64,000 nt of DNA from Mobula hypostoma (Eukaryota). Below the pieces are notes generated by a model. That model searched no databases and was not told the DNA's origin. It saw nothing but the letters and a program-made list of their open reading frames with translations. The position numbers and the translations under genes are program-made. The stretch lies in NCBI RefSeq assembly GCF_963921235.1, contig NC_086101.1, positions 192,076,001 through 192,140,000 of the forward strand. Reading direction: 5' to 3'. Below are positions 1 through 10,394 of this stretch, piece after piece (position 1 is the stretch's first letter; every line of letters starts with the position of its first letter).

Positions 1-3000
1 TCGTGCAGGAGGGAGGGCTTCATGTTTCTAGACAATTGGGTTTTGTTCCAGGGAAGGTGGGACCTGTTCTGACAGGACGGTTTGCACCTGAACTGGAGGG
101 GGACTAACATCCTTGCGGGTAGATTTGCTAGTGCTGCTCCGGGGGTTTAAACTAGATTTGCAGGGGTAGGGGAATAAGAGTGTTAGAGCAGATAGTGAGG
201 TGGAGGAGGATAAAGGTCATGCAAGGACTGCATGTATAGACAGTAATCAAAGGTTTGTATGTGATAGAAATGTTCTCGGGTGCATCTACCGTATTTCAGT
301 GCAAGGAGTATTGTAGGTAAGGCAGGTGAGTTTAGGCCGTGGATTGACCCGTGGGATTGTGACATTATTGATATTAGTGAGACTTGGTTTATAGGAGGGG
401 CAGGACTGGCAACTTAATGTTCTGGGGTTCTGTTGTTTCAGATGTGATAGAGTGGGAGGGATGAAAGGGGGAGGAGTGGCATTACTAGTCAGGGAGAATA
501 TCACAGCTGTATGTAGACAGGACAGCCCAGAGGGCTTGTCTACAGAGGCCATATGCGTGAAGCTGAGGAATGGGAAAGGTGTGACCACACTAATAGGGTT
601 GTATTATAGACTGCCCAATAGTCAAGAGAGAATTGGAGGAGCAAATCTGTAGAGAGAGATAGCAGACCGATGTAAGAAACAGAGAGTTGTAATAGTTGGG
701 GATTTTAACTTTCCACATATTGACTGGGACTCCAACACTGCGAAAGGGTTAGATGGCGTGGATTTTGTCAAATGTGTTCAGGAAAGTTTTCTAAATCAAT
801 ATATAGAGGTACCAACAAGAGAGGATGCAATACTTGATCTCCTATTAGGGAAGCAGACAGATCAGGTGACAGAAGTATGCGTTAGCGAACATTTTGGGTC
901 CAGTGACCATAATGTCATTAGTTTCAAGTTAATTATGGATAAGGATAGGTCTGGTCCTCGAGTTGAGGTTCTAAATTGGAGAAGGGCCAATTTTGAGGAC
1001 ATGACAAAGGATCGAGGAAGAGTGGATTGGGAAAAGTTGTTTTCTGGCAAGAACGTGTTCAGTATGCGGAAGGCATTCAAAGGTGAAATTTTGAGATTCC
1101 AGTGTTTGCATGTTCCTGCCAGAATTAAAGGCAAAGTTAACAGGCTTAGGGAACCTTTGTTTTCAGGGGATATTGGCGATCTAGTTAAAGAAAAGAGAGA
1201 GGTGTATAGCAGGTATAGGCAACATGGAACAAATGAGGTACTTGAGGAGTATAGAGAATGTTAGATATGGCCCTTGTGGCTACGGGGATCAGGGGGTATG
1301 GAGGGAAGGCTGGTGCAGGGTTCTGAGTTGGATGATCAGCCATGATCATAATAAATGGCGGTGCAGGCTCGAAGGGCCGAATGGCCTACTCCTGCACCTG
1401 TTTTCTATGTTTCTATGTTTCTATGTTAGAAAATACGAAAGAAGGAAATCAGGAAGGCAAAAAGCAGACATGAGGTTGCTTTGGCAGATAATGTGAAGGT
1501 AAACCTGAAGGGTTTCTACAAGTATATTGAGAGTAAAAGGATAGTAAGGGACAAAATTGGTCCCCTAGAAGATCAAAGTGGGCATCTATGTGTGGAGTTT
1601 CACGAGATGGGGGCGATCTTAAACAGTTTTTTTGCATCAGTATTTACTCAGGAAACTAGCATAGCGTGTATGGAAGGAAGGAAAACAAGCAGCAGTGTCA
1701 TGGAACATACGGAGATTAAAGAGGAGGAGGTGTTTGCTGCCTTACAGTGAATAAAGGTAGATAAATCCCCCGGGCCTGACATGATATTTCCTCTGGCCTT
1801 GAGAGAGACTAGTGTAGAAATTACCGGGGCCCCAGCAGAAATATTTAAAATATCCTGAGCCACGGGTATGGTGCCGGAGGATTGGAGGGTAGCTCATGTT
1901 GTTCCGTTGTTTGAAAAAGGCTTCAAAAGTAAACCAGGTGATTACAGGCCGGTGAGCCTGACATCAGTAGTAGGTAAATTATTGGAAGGTGTTCTGAGAG
2001 ATTGGATATACGAGTATTTGGACAGCCAAGGGCTGATTAAGGATAGTCAGCATGGCTTTGTGCATGGTAGATCGTGTTTAATTAATCTTGTAGAGTCTTT
2101 TTGAGGAGGTTACCAAGAAAGCAGACAAACGAAGGGCTGTGGATGTTGTCTATGTGGACTTCAGTAAGGCCTTTGACAAGGTCCCACATGGGAGGTTAGT
2201 TCAGAAGGTTCAGACACTAGGTATCCATGGAGAGGTTGTAAACTGGATTTGAAATTGGCTGTGTGGGGGAAGACAGAGTGTGGTAGTGGATGATTGCTTC
2301 TCAGACTGGAGGCCTGTGACTGGTGGTGTTCCTCATGGATCTCTGCTGGCACCATTGTTGTTTGTTGTCTATATCAATGATCTAGATAATAACGTGGTAA
2401 ATTAGATTAGCAAGCTTGCTGATGACACTAAGATTGGAGGTGTTGTGGACAGCGAGGACAGCTTTGAAAGCTTGCAGAGGGATCTGGACCAACTGGAAAA
2501 ATGGGCCAGAAAATGACAGATAGAATTTACTGCAGACAAGTGTGAGATGTGGCATTTTGGAAGGACAAATCAAGGTAGGACATACACAGTAAATGGTAGG
2601 GCACTGAGGAGTGTGGAGGAACAAAGACATCTGGGAGTTCAGATACATAATTCCCTGAAAGTGGTGTCACAGGTAGACAGGGTTGCAAAGAAGGCTTTTG
2701 GCATCCTGGCATTCATAAATCAAAGTATTGAGTATAGGAGTTGAGATTTTATGGGGAGGTTGTATAAGACATTGGTGAGGCCAAATTTGGAGTATTGTGT
2801 ACAGTTCTGGTCACCTAACTATAGGAAGGATATCAGTAAGATTAAAAGAGTACAGAGAAGATTTACCAGGATGTTGGTGGGTCTTCAGGATTTGAGTTAC
2901 AGGGAAAGAGTGAACAGGTTAGGACTTTATTCCTTGGAGTGTAGAAGAATGGGGGGAGATTTGATAGAGGTTTACAAAATTATGAGGGGTATAGACAGAG

Positions 3001-3320
3001 TAAATGTGAATAGGCTCTTTCCACTTAGATTAGGAGAGATAAATACGAGAGGACATGGCTTTAGGGTGAAAGGGGAAAGGTTTAGGGGGAACTTCTTCAC
3101 TCAGAGAGTGGTTGGAGTGTGGAATGAGCTGCCATCTGACGTGGTAAATGTGGGCTCACTCTTAAGTTTTAAGAATAAATTGGATAGGAACATGGATGGG
3201 AGAGGTCTGGAGGGTTATGGACTGGATGCAGGTCAATGGGACGAGCGGAATAATGTTTCGGCATGGACTAGAAGGGCCGAATGGCCAGTTTTCTGTGCTG
3301 TAGTGTTGTATGGTTCTATG
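1..3320 (+). mobile_element. CR1-clade LINE, decayed (end of ORF1 esterase, ORF2 APE-endonuclease and RT, 3' tail)
   Basis: Start encodes the ORF1 end (DGLHLNWRGTNILAGRF). ORF fragments match CR1 ORF2 (GLYYRLPNS, HFGSSDHN, WRVAHVVPLF, YRPVSLTSVVGKLLE, LEYCVQFWSP) with many stops and frameshifts. Ends in a ctatg-type tail near 3320. Confidence 0.93.
1258..1430 (+). mobile_element. 165-bp 3' fragment of the young CR1 family nested in the older CR1
   Basis: Matches the 3' end of the 31079-32187 copy and ends in (TTCTATGT)n. Direct repeat ATGTTAGA at 1258-1265 and 1423-1430. Confidence 0.9.
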
Positions 3321-4680
3321 GATGCTATGTCTCCTATTCTAACTTCTAATGGTACACTCACATGTCCCACTTGTAAATGTCCTGCAAATCCACTTCGGAT
3401 AATTCTACCTTGTATCTCCCAATTTACGTTTCTTATATTAGTGGTTTTGATGGTAGTTTGGGATCCTCCAGTGTTCCATAAAAAGTTAACAGGGCAGCCT
3501 CTGACCCTACCACTCAAGGGGTTTCCAGTTTCATCCCACCTTGTGTCACACACCCATGTTGGTGAGGCCTGACACTATCATTCAGGCTCAGGGTACAATT
3601 CCCTGCATGGTGGTGTCTCCACCATGTTATTTCATGGGCTTGGTCTTTCTGACCCCTCCAAGGACGAACTGCATTGCTCTGCTCTTTGTTGTCTCAGGTT
3701 TGGATATTCTCTCTTCATGTGTCCCTCTCAGCCACAGATATAGCATTTAATTACTCCACCTTCAGTTCTCCCTGTTCCTGGCCCTGTTCCAATTCCTCTG
3801 TCCTTCCTTGTCCCTTGATAGCGTGACAGGGAGATCCTCGGGGTGGGATCCCTACCCTCATTTCTCCAGGCAGGTGCCTAACTTTTAATAGGCATCACCT
3901 TCCCATTCAGGGGTTTAGTTGGTCTTTGTATCTCCTCTTCCCTCGCTCCACGCATTTTCCTCAGTCCCATGCCTCAGTATGTGTGGGTTCAGAAGGATCA
4001 AACATTTCCAGTGCCTTTTTAGATTCATCGGTACAGTGAGACACCAGTGTCCACAACCATCTAAATGGCCCCACTCTAATGCTGTTCCATAAACCCCGAT
4101 GTTCACCTTTCCTCTGGTAACATTTGGCTAACGCGTTCACCGGGTCCCCTCTGTTAACACCCGTAACAGTCAATATTGCGTTCTTCAGTTCCTCACTTGT
4201 TCCCCCACCATGTCACTGTGTATCTGGCAAAGCGGAGGGCATATTTGGATGGAAACACATTATAATCAATCTCCTTTCCTCAAAGTTATCTCTGATGGCT
4301 GGTTGTTTGGAAAAGCTCTTGAGGATTGTCTCTGAGCACACGTGTCCTGATATCCTCAGCAATATCTTTAAGTTGCTGTACACTGAACAGTGTGGTGTAT
4401 GTTATATTCTCAGTTTGATTTGCTGCCCTGCTCCCCCTCTCTGATAGTAACGAGGGGTGCTAATCGTGCAGACGGTGGCACCGGCTCCCGTTGGGAGGCT
4501 GTCGGTGGGAGTTCCTCAGGAAATGGAGTTTTGTAATTATTGTAACCATATCTAGCAGCTTCATCTGCTAAATCATGCCAATCAATGTCTCCATATTCAC
4601 CTCCCCCACCACTTGGGACTGGATTGTTCTGAGGTGAGATCATAAAGAATGGCTTTGTTTTCAGGAGTGACTGAGGTGTG
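3321..4680 (-). mobile_element. Decayed retrovirus-like gag-pro (ERV or LTR retroelement)
   Basis: Hand translation of the minus strand gives a CCHC knuckle remnant (CYICG*EGHMKREYP, about 3705-3750). In the same frame it is followed by TGA TAG and a retropepsin-like segment (GRVRGCPVNFLWNTGGSQTTI; DTG read as NTG). Cut at about 3320 by the CR1 tail. Confidence 0.75.
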
Positions 4681-4756
4681 ATCAGAGAGTGGGTTTATCC
4701 TGAAAAGAGACAGTGGAGAGATCACAGAGACTGGGGTTTGTCTGAGGGGAGATCTG

Positions 4757-4796
4757 ACAGACCTGACGAAGGGTCTCGGCCCGAAACGTCGACTGT
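4757..4796 (+). ncRNA. Minimal type I hammerhead ribozyme motif
   Basis: CTGACGA (4763-4769), extra A, stem II GGGT-ctcg-GCCC, GAAA (4783-4786), palindromic ACGT helix III, GTC cleavage triplet (4788-4790), helix I ACAGAC/GACTGT with one mismatch. Confidence 0.7.
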
Positions 4797-4892
4797 ACCT
4801 CTTCCTAGAGATGCTGCCTGGCCTGCTGCGTTCACCAGCAACTTTGATGTGTGTTGCTTGAATTTCTAGCATCTGCAGAATTCCTCGTGTGA
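4762..4892 (+). mobile_element. Penelope-like element terminal fragment
   Basis: Nearly identical to the terminus of the GIY-YIG-encoding element at 49907-51082. Flanked by GACAGA at 4756-4761 and 4893-4898. Confidence 0.85.
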
Positions 4893-5461
4893 GACAGAAT
4901 AGGTTTGGTCTGAGGGGAGATGGGACGGACGGGGTTTGGTCTGAGGGGAGATCGGACGGATGGGGTTTGGTCTGAGGGGAGATCGGACAGACTGGGTTTG
5001 GTCTGAGGGGAGATCGGACGGTCTGGGTTTGGTCTGAGGTGAGAATGAACAGACTGGGTTTGGTCTGAGGGGAGATCGGACGGTCTGGGTTTGGTCTGAG
5101 GTGAGAATGAACAGACTGGGTTTGGTCTGAGGGGAGATCGGACGGTCTGGGTTTGGTCTGAGGGGAGATCGGACAGACTGGGTTTGGTCTGAGGGGAGAT
5201 ACTAATAATGCTTAATTAGTTTCACAGCTGAAAAGACTGACCTTGCCTTTTGGGGATGTGATAAATAAGGAAGTAGCTGAAAATATCTCCTCTTTCATTG
5301 TGGTAGGAAGAACAACACAGAGCTCTCAGTGACTTGAGCAAGATTAAGTTACAGATTGGCTTTATCTGTCCCACATCAACAAAATAAACAGTTTCTTGTT
5401 TCACAGACAGAGATGTGCACATCATGCTGAGATGCATCCAGACAGGGTGCTGTCTATGGTG

Positions 5462-6560
5462 TTTAATAACTCTGGTCTTGTACTCGCTGGAGTTTAGAAG
5501 AATGCTGGGGGTGCAGGGGTCTCATTGAAACCTCTGCATTACTGAGAGGCCTAGATAGAGTGGACATAGAAACATAGAAACATAGAAAATAGGTGCAGGA
5601 GTAGGCCATTCGGCCCTTCGAGCCTGCACCGCCATTTATTATGATCATGGCTGATCATCCAACTCAGAACCCAGCCTTCCCTCCATACCCCCTGACCCCT
5701 GTAGCCACAAGGGCCATATCTAACTTCCTTTTAAACATAGCTAATGAACTGGCCTCAACAGTTTGCTGTGGCAGAGAATTCCACAGATTCACCACTCTCT
5801 GTGTGAAGAAGTTTTTCCTAACCTCGGTCCTAAAAGGCTTCCCCTCTATCCTCAAACTGTGACCCCTCGTTCTAGACCTCCCCAACATCGGGAACAATCT
5901 TCCTGCATCTAGCCTGTCCAATCCCTTTAGGATCTTATACGTTTCAATCAGATCCCCCCTCAATCTTCTAAATTCCAACGAGTACAAGCCCAGTTCATCC
6001 AGTCTTTCTTCATATGAAAGACCTGCCATCCCAGGAATCAATCTGGTGAACCTTCTTTGTACTCCCTCTATGGCAAAGATGTCTTTCCTCAGATTAGGGG
6101 ACCAAAACTGCACACAATACTCCAGGTGTGGTCTCACCAAGGCCTTGTACAACTGCAGTAGTACCTCCCTGCTCCTGTACTCGAATCCTCTCGCTATAAA
6201 TGCCAGCATACCGTTCGCAAGACATGGAGAGGATGTTTCCGATTCTGGGCAAGTCTTGGATCTGAGGGCACAGCCTCAGAATAGAAGGATAGCCATTTAG
6301 AACAGAGATGAGGAGGAATTTCTTTAGCCAGAGAATGGTGAATCTGTGGAATTCATTGCAATACACAGCTGTGGAGGCCAAATCAGTGGGCGTATTTAAA
6401 GCAGAGCTTGGTAGGTTCCTGATTAGTCAGGGAGTTAAAGGTTGCAGGGAGAAGGGAGGAGAAGTGGCTTGAGATGGAAAATAAATCAGCCATGATGGAA
6501 TGGTGGAGCAGAATTGATGGGCTGAATGGCCTCATTCTGCTCCTATAACTTATGGTAATG
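5462..6560 (+). mobile_element. Old CR1 3' fragment split by a younger CR1
   Basis: GLYSLEFRR-type coding remnant and CR1 3' UTR. The sequence is contiguous across the insertion (GATAGAGTGGAC|ATGGAGAGGATGTTTCC). Confidence 0.8.
5568..6220 (-). mobile_element. Young CR1 family, 5'-truncated copy
   Basis: ORF 5664-6209 is the CR1 RT C-terminus, with (ACATAGAA)n tail on +. TSD GACAT at 5563-5567 and 6221-6225. Confidence 0.93.
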
Positions 6561-8654
6561 TAAAAAAGTTTATTCTTTTAAATTGTTTGTGCAATAAATT
6601 TAAAAAACCACATTTCTGTGGTCACCCAGCTCTTTGCAGAATGTGGATTTGCTAAGAGGATGTGGAGAAGATGCAAGAGCTCGTGTCACAGTTCATTCCT
6701 CGCAGCAGCTGTGTAACAGCGGACTGACTCTCTGATGTACGGGTGTACCGAGGCAGACTACAAGTGTGCTGGAAGATCAGCAACTCAGTGACGGAAGTAC
6801 TTTGTGTCAGGGAATGTCGAGGAGGCTTATCCCAAAAGCAGAGCTGTGGAGACGATTCAACCGTGAACAATAACTTTGATAATAGACTGTAAAATAACAA
6901 GCCACGAGGGGCCACAAAACAAGAGAGAAACAGAAACAGGCAACAAGGTAAAATTTAGACAGGGAGAGTGAAGGCTGGGAATAACTATTTCAGGTCAACT
7001 GGTTTGATGAGTGAACAAGGAGTGTGGATGAGATCTGGGTTTAAATAGGCTGCCGGTAATGAGTCTGGAACGATCGGCAGCTGAATCCTATTGGCTGGGT
7101 GGAGATGCGAGGTGCCTGAATGTGCAGGCTGGGGTTGTCAGTGTGAGCAAGCCTGACACTTTGATCTGCCCAAAACCTGTTGGTCACCCAGGGCAACGGG
7201 ATGTCCAGTACCTCAACTGGAGGGCTGAGTGCGGTGGGGAAGCCCCTTGAACAGACTAGCGGCCACTTAAATGTCAGTGGTGTTATAATTTTAAAAAATA
7301 GGTTGACACTAATTAATGACCTGAATATAAAGATTTTGTAGTTTCTTTGTATATATTTTTAATATGTACGAGGGTTATTTTTCAAATATAAAAAAGTGAT
7401 GAAAACTTGCAAGATTTATTTATTTCAAGTTCAAAGTACATTTGTTATCAAAGTACGTGTGCAGTATTCAACCCTGAGATTTGTCTTCCCACAGACAGCC
7501 ACGAAACAGTGAAACACTGTGGATCCTGTTCAAAGAAAAAGGTCAAACACCCAACGTGCAGAAAACAGAACAAATTGTGCAAACAACAAAACGAAACAAG
7601 CGAATAAAACACAGAATATAAAACATCAAACCGCAGAGTTCTTCAACCAGTGCAGGAATGTTCAGTTTAGTTCAGTTCGGCTCAATCTCACGCCGTCACT
7701 CGTTGCCTGCAAGCCGCAGAGTCCCATCCACAGCGATCAAACCTTGCCCAAGACCCAAGATTCCAGTCCCATCCTCTGGTGGCAGAGAGAGAGAGAGGTG
7801 GAGAGGGAGGGGGAGAGGTGGAGCAGGAGAGGGAGAACAAACATGAACTTCACTCCAGTGCAGAGGCCTCCGATTGCCGCACCCCCTGACTCAATGTTTT
7901 GTAACGCTTCAGTTGGCCACACTGCCATGGAATCTAGTCCACAGGGGCTGCGCAAGGCCGCACCCCAAAGATGCATGTCTTCCAGGCCACCCCGGAGATA
8001 TCAAAAATGGGCAGTCAGCAAGCTCTGGGAGCGGGAACCCACTGCTGTGAAGAACTGCAGTTTGAATGCAGTTGTAGATCACAGACTCCAACAGGACTCC
8101 TGTACCCTTGAATAGGGGAAAAAGGAGACATTAAAGAGAGGAATTTGAGCTGTTTCACAGATGAGCTCGAAGAAGTCATTCTCTGGCACCATCTACAAAC
8201 GTTTGTAAGTTCCTCTTTCTAGTTGTCACTATTGTAACCAATATTGTAATGTGAACCTATGATCTCTGGTGTGAGTAACTTCTGTAATGTTAAAAGACAG
8301 TGCTAAACTGCTGGAGAACAGTGCGGAAAGAACAGATGCTGTTTTCTCCCGGTAGGGATTAGTTTTAATTTCAAGTTCTCCTGCCACGTTTTGTCACCCT
8401 GCAACCTCATCCTTCAATCTCTTTGAATTACGGAGGACAGCATGTGTATAGATGTCTCTCTCCAGCAGACCATCAGGATCACCATGACTCCAGTATTTCT
8501 ACTATTCTTTAATGTTTTTTAATTTTACACATGATTTTTTGAATTCTATCACTGAGCAGCAGTGAATTATATGATTGGCCTATCAGAGTTCTCTTTGGGA
8601 ACTAGTCGACTTGATCAGCATTTCTGTTCTGGCTATTGTTCACGATTGCACTTC

Positions 8655-9200
8655 ATTTAAAAAAAATGCATCGTGGAGAGCTTGTGGACTGGTGGCATCA
8701 CGACCGGGTATGGAAATCCCAATGCCCAAGAAGAAAAAATCCTACAAAAAGCGGTGGGTACGGCCCAGTCCGTCACAGGAGATGCCCTCCCCACCATTGA
8801 GCACATCTACAAGGAGTGCAGTCACAAGAAAGTAGCATCTATCATCAAGGACCCCTGCCATCCAGGCCATGCTCTCTTCTCATTGCTGCCATCAGACAGG
8901 AGGTACAGGAGCCTCAGGACCCACACCACCAGGTTCAGGAACAGTTATTACCCCTCGACCATCAGGCAGGAGGTACAGGAGCCTCAGGACCCACACCACC
9001 AGGTTCAGGAACAGTTATAACCCTTCAACCATCAGGCTCCTGAACCAGTGTGGAAAACTTCACTCAGCTCAACTGTGAACTGATTCGACAACCGATGGAT
9101 TCACTCTCAAGGATTCTGTAACTCGTATTCTCAGTGTTACTTATCTCATTCTTTTTGCCCAGTTTGTCATCTTTTGTATATTGGTTGTATGTCTGTCTTT
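8655..9200 (+). mobile_element. Rex1/Babar-type LINE 3' fragment with an internal 70-bp tandem duplication
   Basis: C-terminal motif IIKDPCHPGHALFSLLPSDRRYRSLRTHTTRFRNSYYP. Duplicated unit starts at 8897 and 8967. Confidence 0.8.
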
Positions 9201-9224
9201 GTTTGTGTGTAGAGAGCAAAGACT

Positions 9225-10139
9225 AGAAAATAAGGCTATAAGACATAGGAGCAGAATGAGGCCATTCTGCCCATCAAGTCTGCTCCATCATTCAATCATG
9301 GTTGATCCTTTTTTTCCCTCTTCAGCACCACTATCCAGCCTTCTTCCGGTAATCTTTGATGTCGTGGACAATCAAGAACATATCAATCTCCGCCTTAAAT
9401 ACATCCAACAACCTGGTCACCACAGCTGCCTGTGGTAATAAATTTCACAAATTCACTACCTCTGGCAGAAGAAATTTCTCTGAATATCTGTTTTGGATGG
9501 TCACCCGTCTATCCTGAGGCTGTGACCTCTTGTCCTAGACTCCCCCACCATGGGAAACATCCTTTCCGCAACTACTCTATCTAGCCCTTTCAACATTCAA
9601 AAGGTTTCAGTAAGATCCCCCTCATCCTTCCAATTCCAGCAAGTACAGGCCCAGAGTTATCAAACGTTCCTCGTATGATAACCCTTTCATTCCCGGAATC
9701 ATCCTTTTGAACTGCCCCTGAACCCTCTCCAATGCCTGAACATCTTTTCTTAGATAGGGAGCCCAGAACAAGTCACAATTCTCAAGATGAGGCCTCACCA
9801 GTGCCTGATAAAGCCTCAGCATCACATCCCTGCTCCTGTATTTTAGACCTCTTGAAATGAATGCAAACATTGCATTTCCCTTCCTCACCACCAACTCTAC
9901 CTGCAAGTTAACCTTCAGGGTGTTCTGCACAACAACTCCCAAGTCCCTTTGCATCTCAGATTTTTGAATTTTCTCCGTTTAGAAAACAGTCCGCACATTT
10001 ATTTCTTCTACCATGACCATACATTTTCCAACATTGTGTTTCATTTGCCACTTTTTTGCCCATTCTCCTAATCTGTCTAAGTCCTTCTGCAGCCTACCTG
10101 TTTCCTCAACACTACATGCCCCTCCACTAATCTTCGTAT
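9225..10139 (-). mobile_element. CR1 3' portion (RT C-terminus and tail), interrupted by Gypsy at 10140
   Basis: ORF 9622-9954 (LVRPHLENC..WAPYLRKD). Homologous to 14835-15370. Confidence 0.85.
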
Positions 10140-10394
10140 TGTGGTTGCGGTAATACGCATCGAGTGAAAGCAACACACTGAGTCGAGCAGGGTCTGGTTG
10201 AACTCTTTACTGTTTCAATTCGCGCACGTTTAAGTGCCCGCTCCCAGCATCCCCCGCTCTTTGCGGGGTGGAAGTGACGTCGGCTTCCGGGCCAAGGTCT
10301 GCCCCGCACTCAGAGCCCTCTCGGTTGCCGCTGGCTGCGGACTCGCCCGCGACTGCTGGAGCCGGTTTGCTTGCCATGTGGGCGAGCCACCACA
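10140..10394 (-). repeat. 3' LTR of the Gypsy element (255 bp)
   Basis: TGTGG...CCACA terminal inverted repeat. It abuts the host CR1 breakpoint (CTTCGTAT|) and follows the integrase end and a G-rich tract. Confidence 0.8.

Larger units (their letters stand above)
4730..5200. repeat. 31-bp G-rich minisatellite, unit approx. GGGTTTGGTCTGAGGGGAGATCGGACAGACT
   Basis: About 10 tandem copies at 4900-5200 (period 31, e.g. 4935 vs 4966), plus one copy upstream of the Penelope insert. Confidence 0.92.

Noticed and set aside
3440-3760. APOBEC-type G>A hypermutation of the ERV (DTG>NTG, Cys>Tyr)
   Set aside because: Only two inferred changes in different contexts, with no consensus available. This cannot be separated from neutral decay.
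4730-5200. CRISPR-like array (also considered for the 58-, 39- and 21-bp arrays)
   Set aside because: The units are head-to-tail with no unique spacers, there are no cas genes, and the context is eukaryotic.
6652-6915. Minus-strand ORF with a signal-peptide-like start
   Set aside because: It has a GTG start, no recognisable domain and no supporting exon structure.
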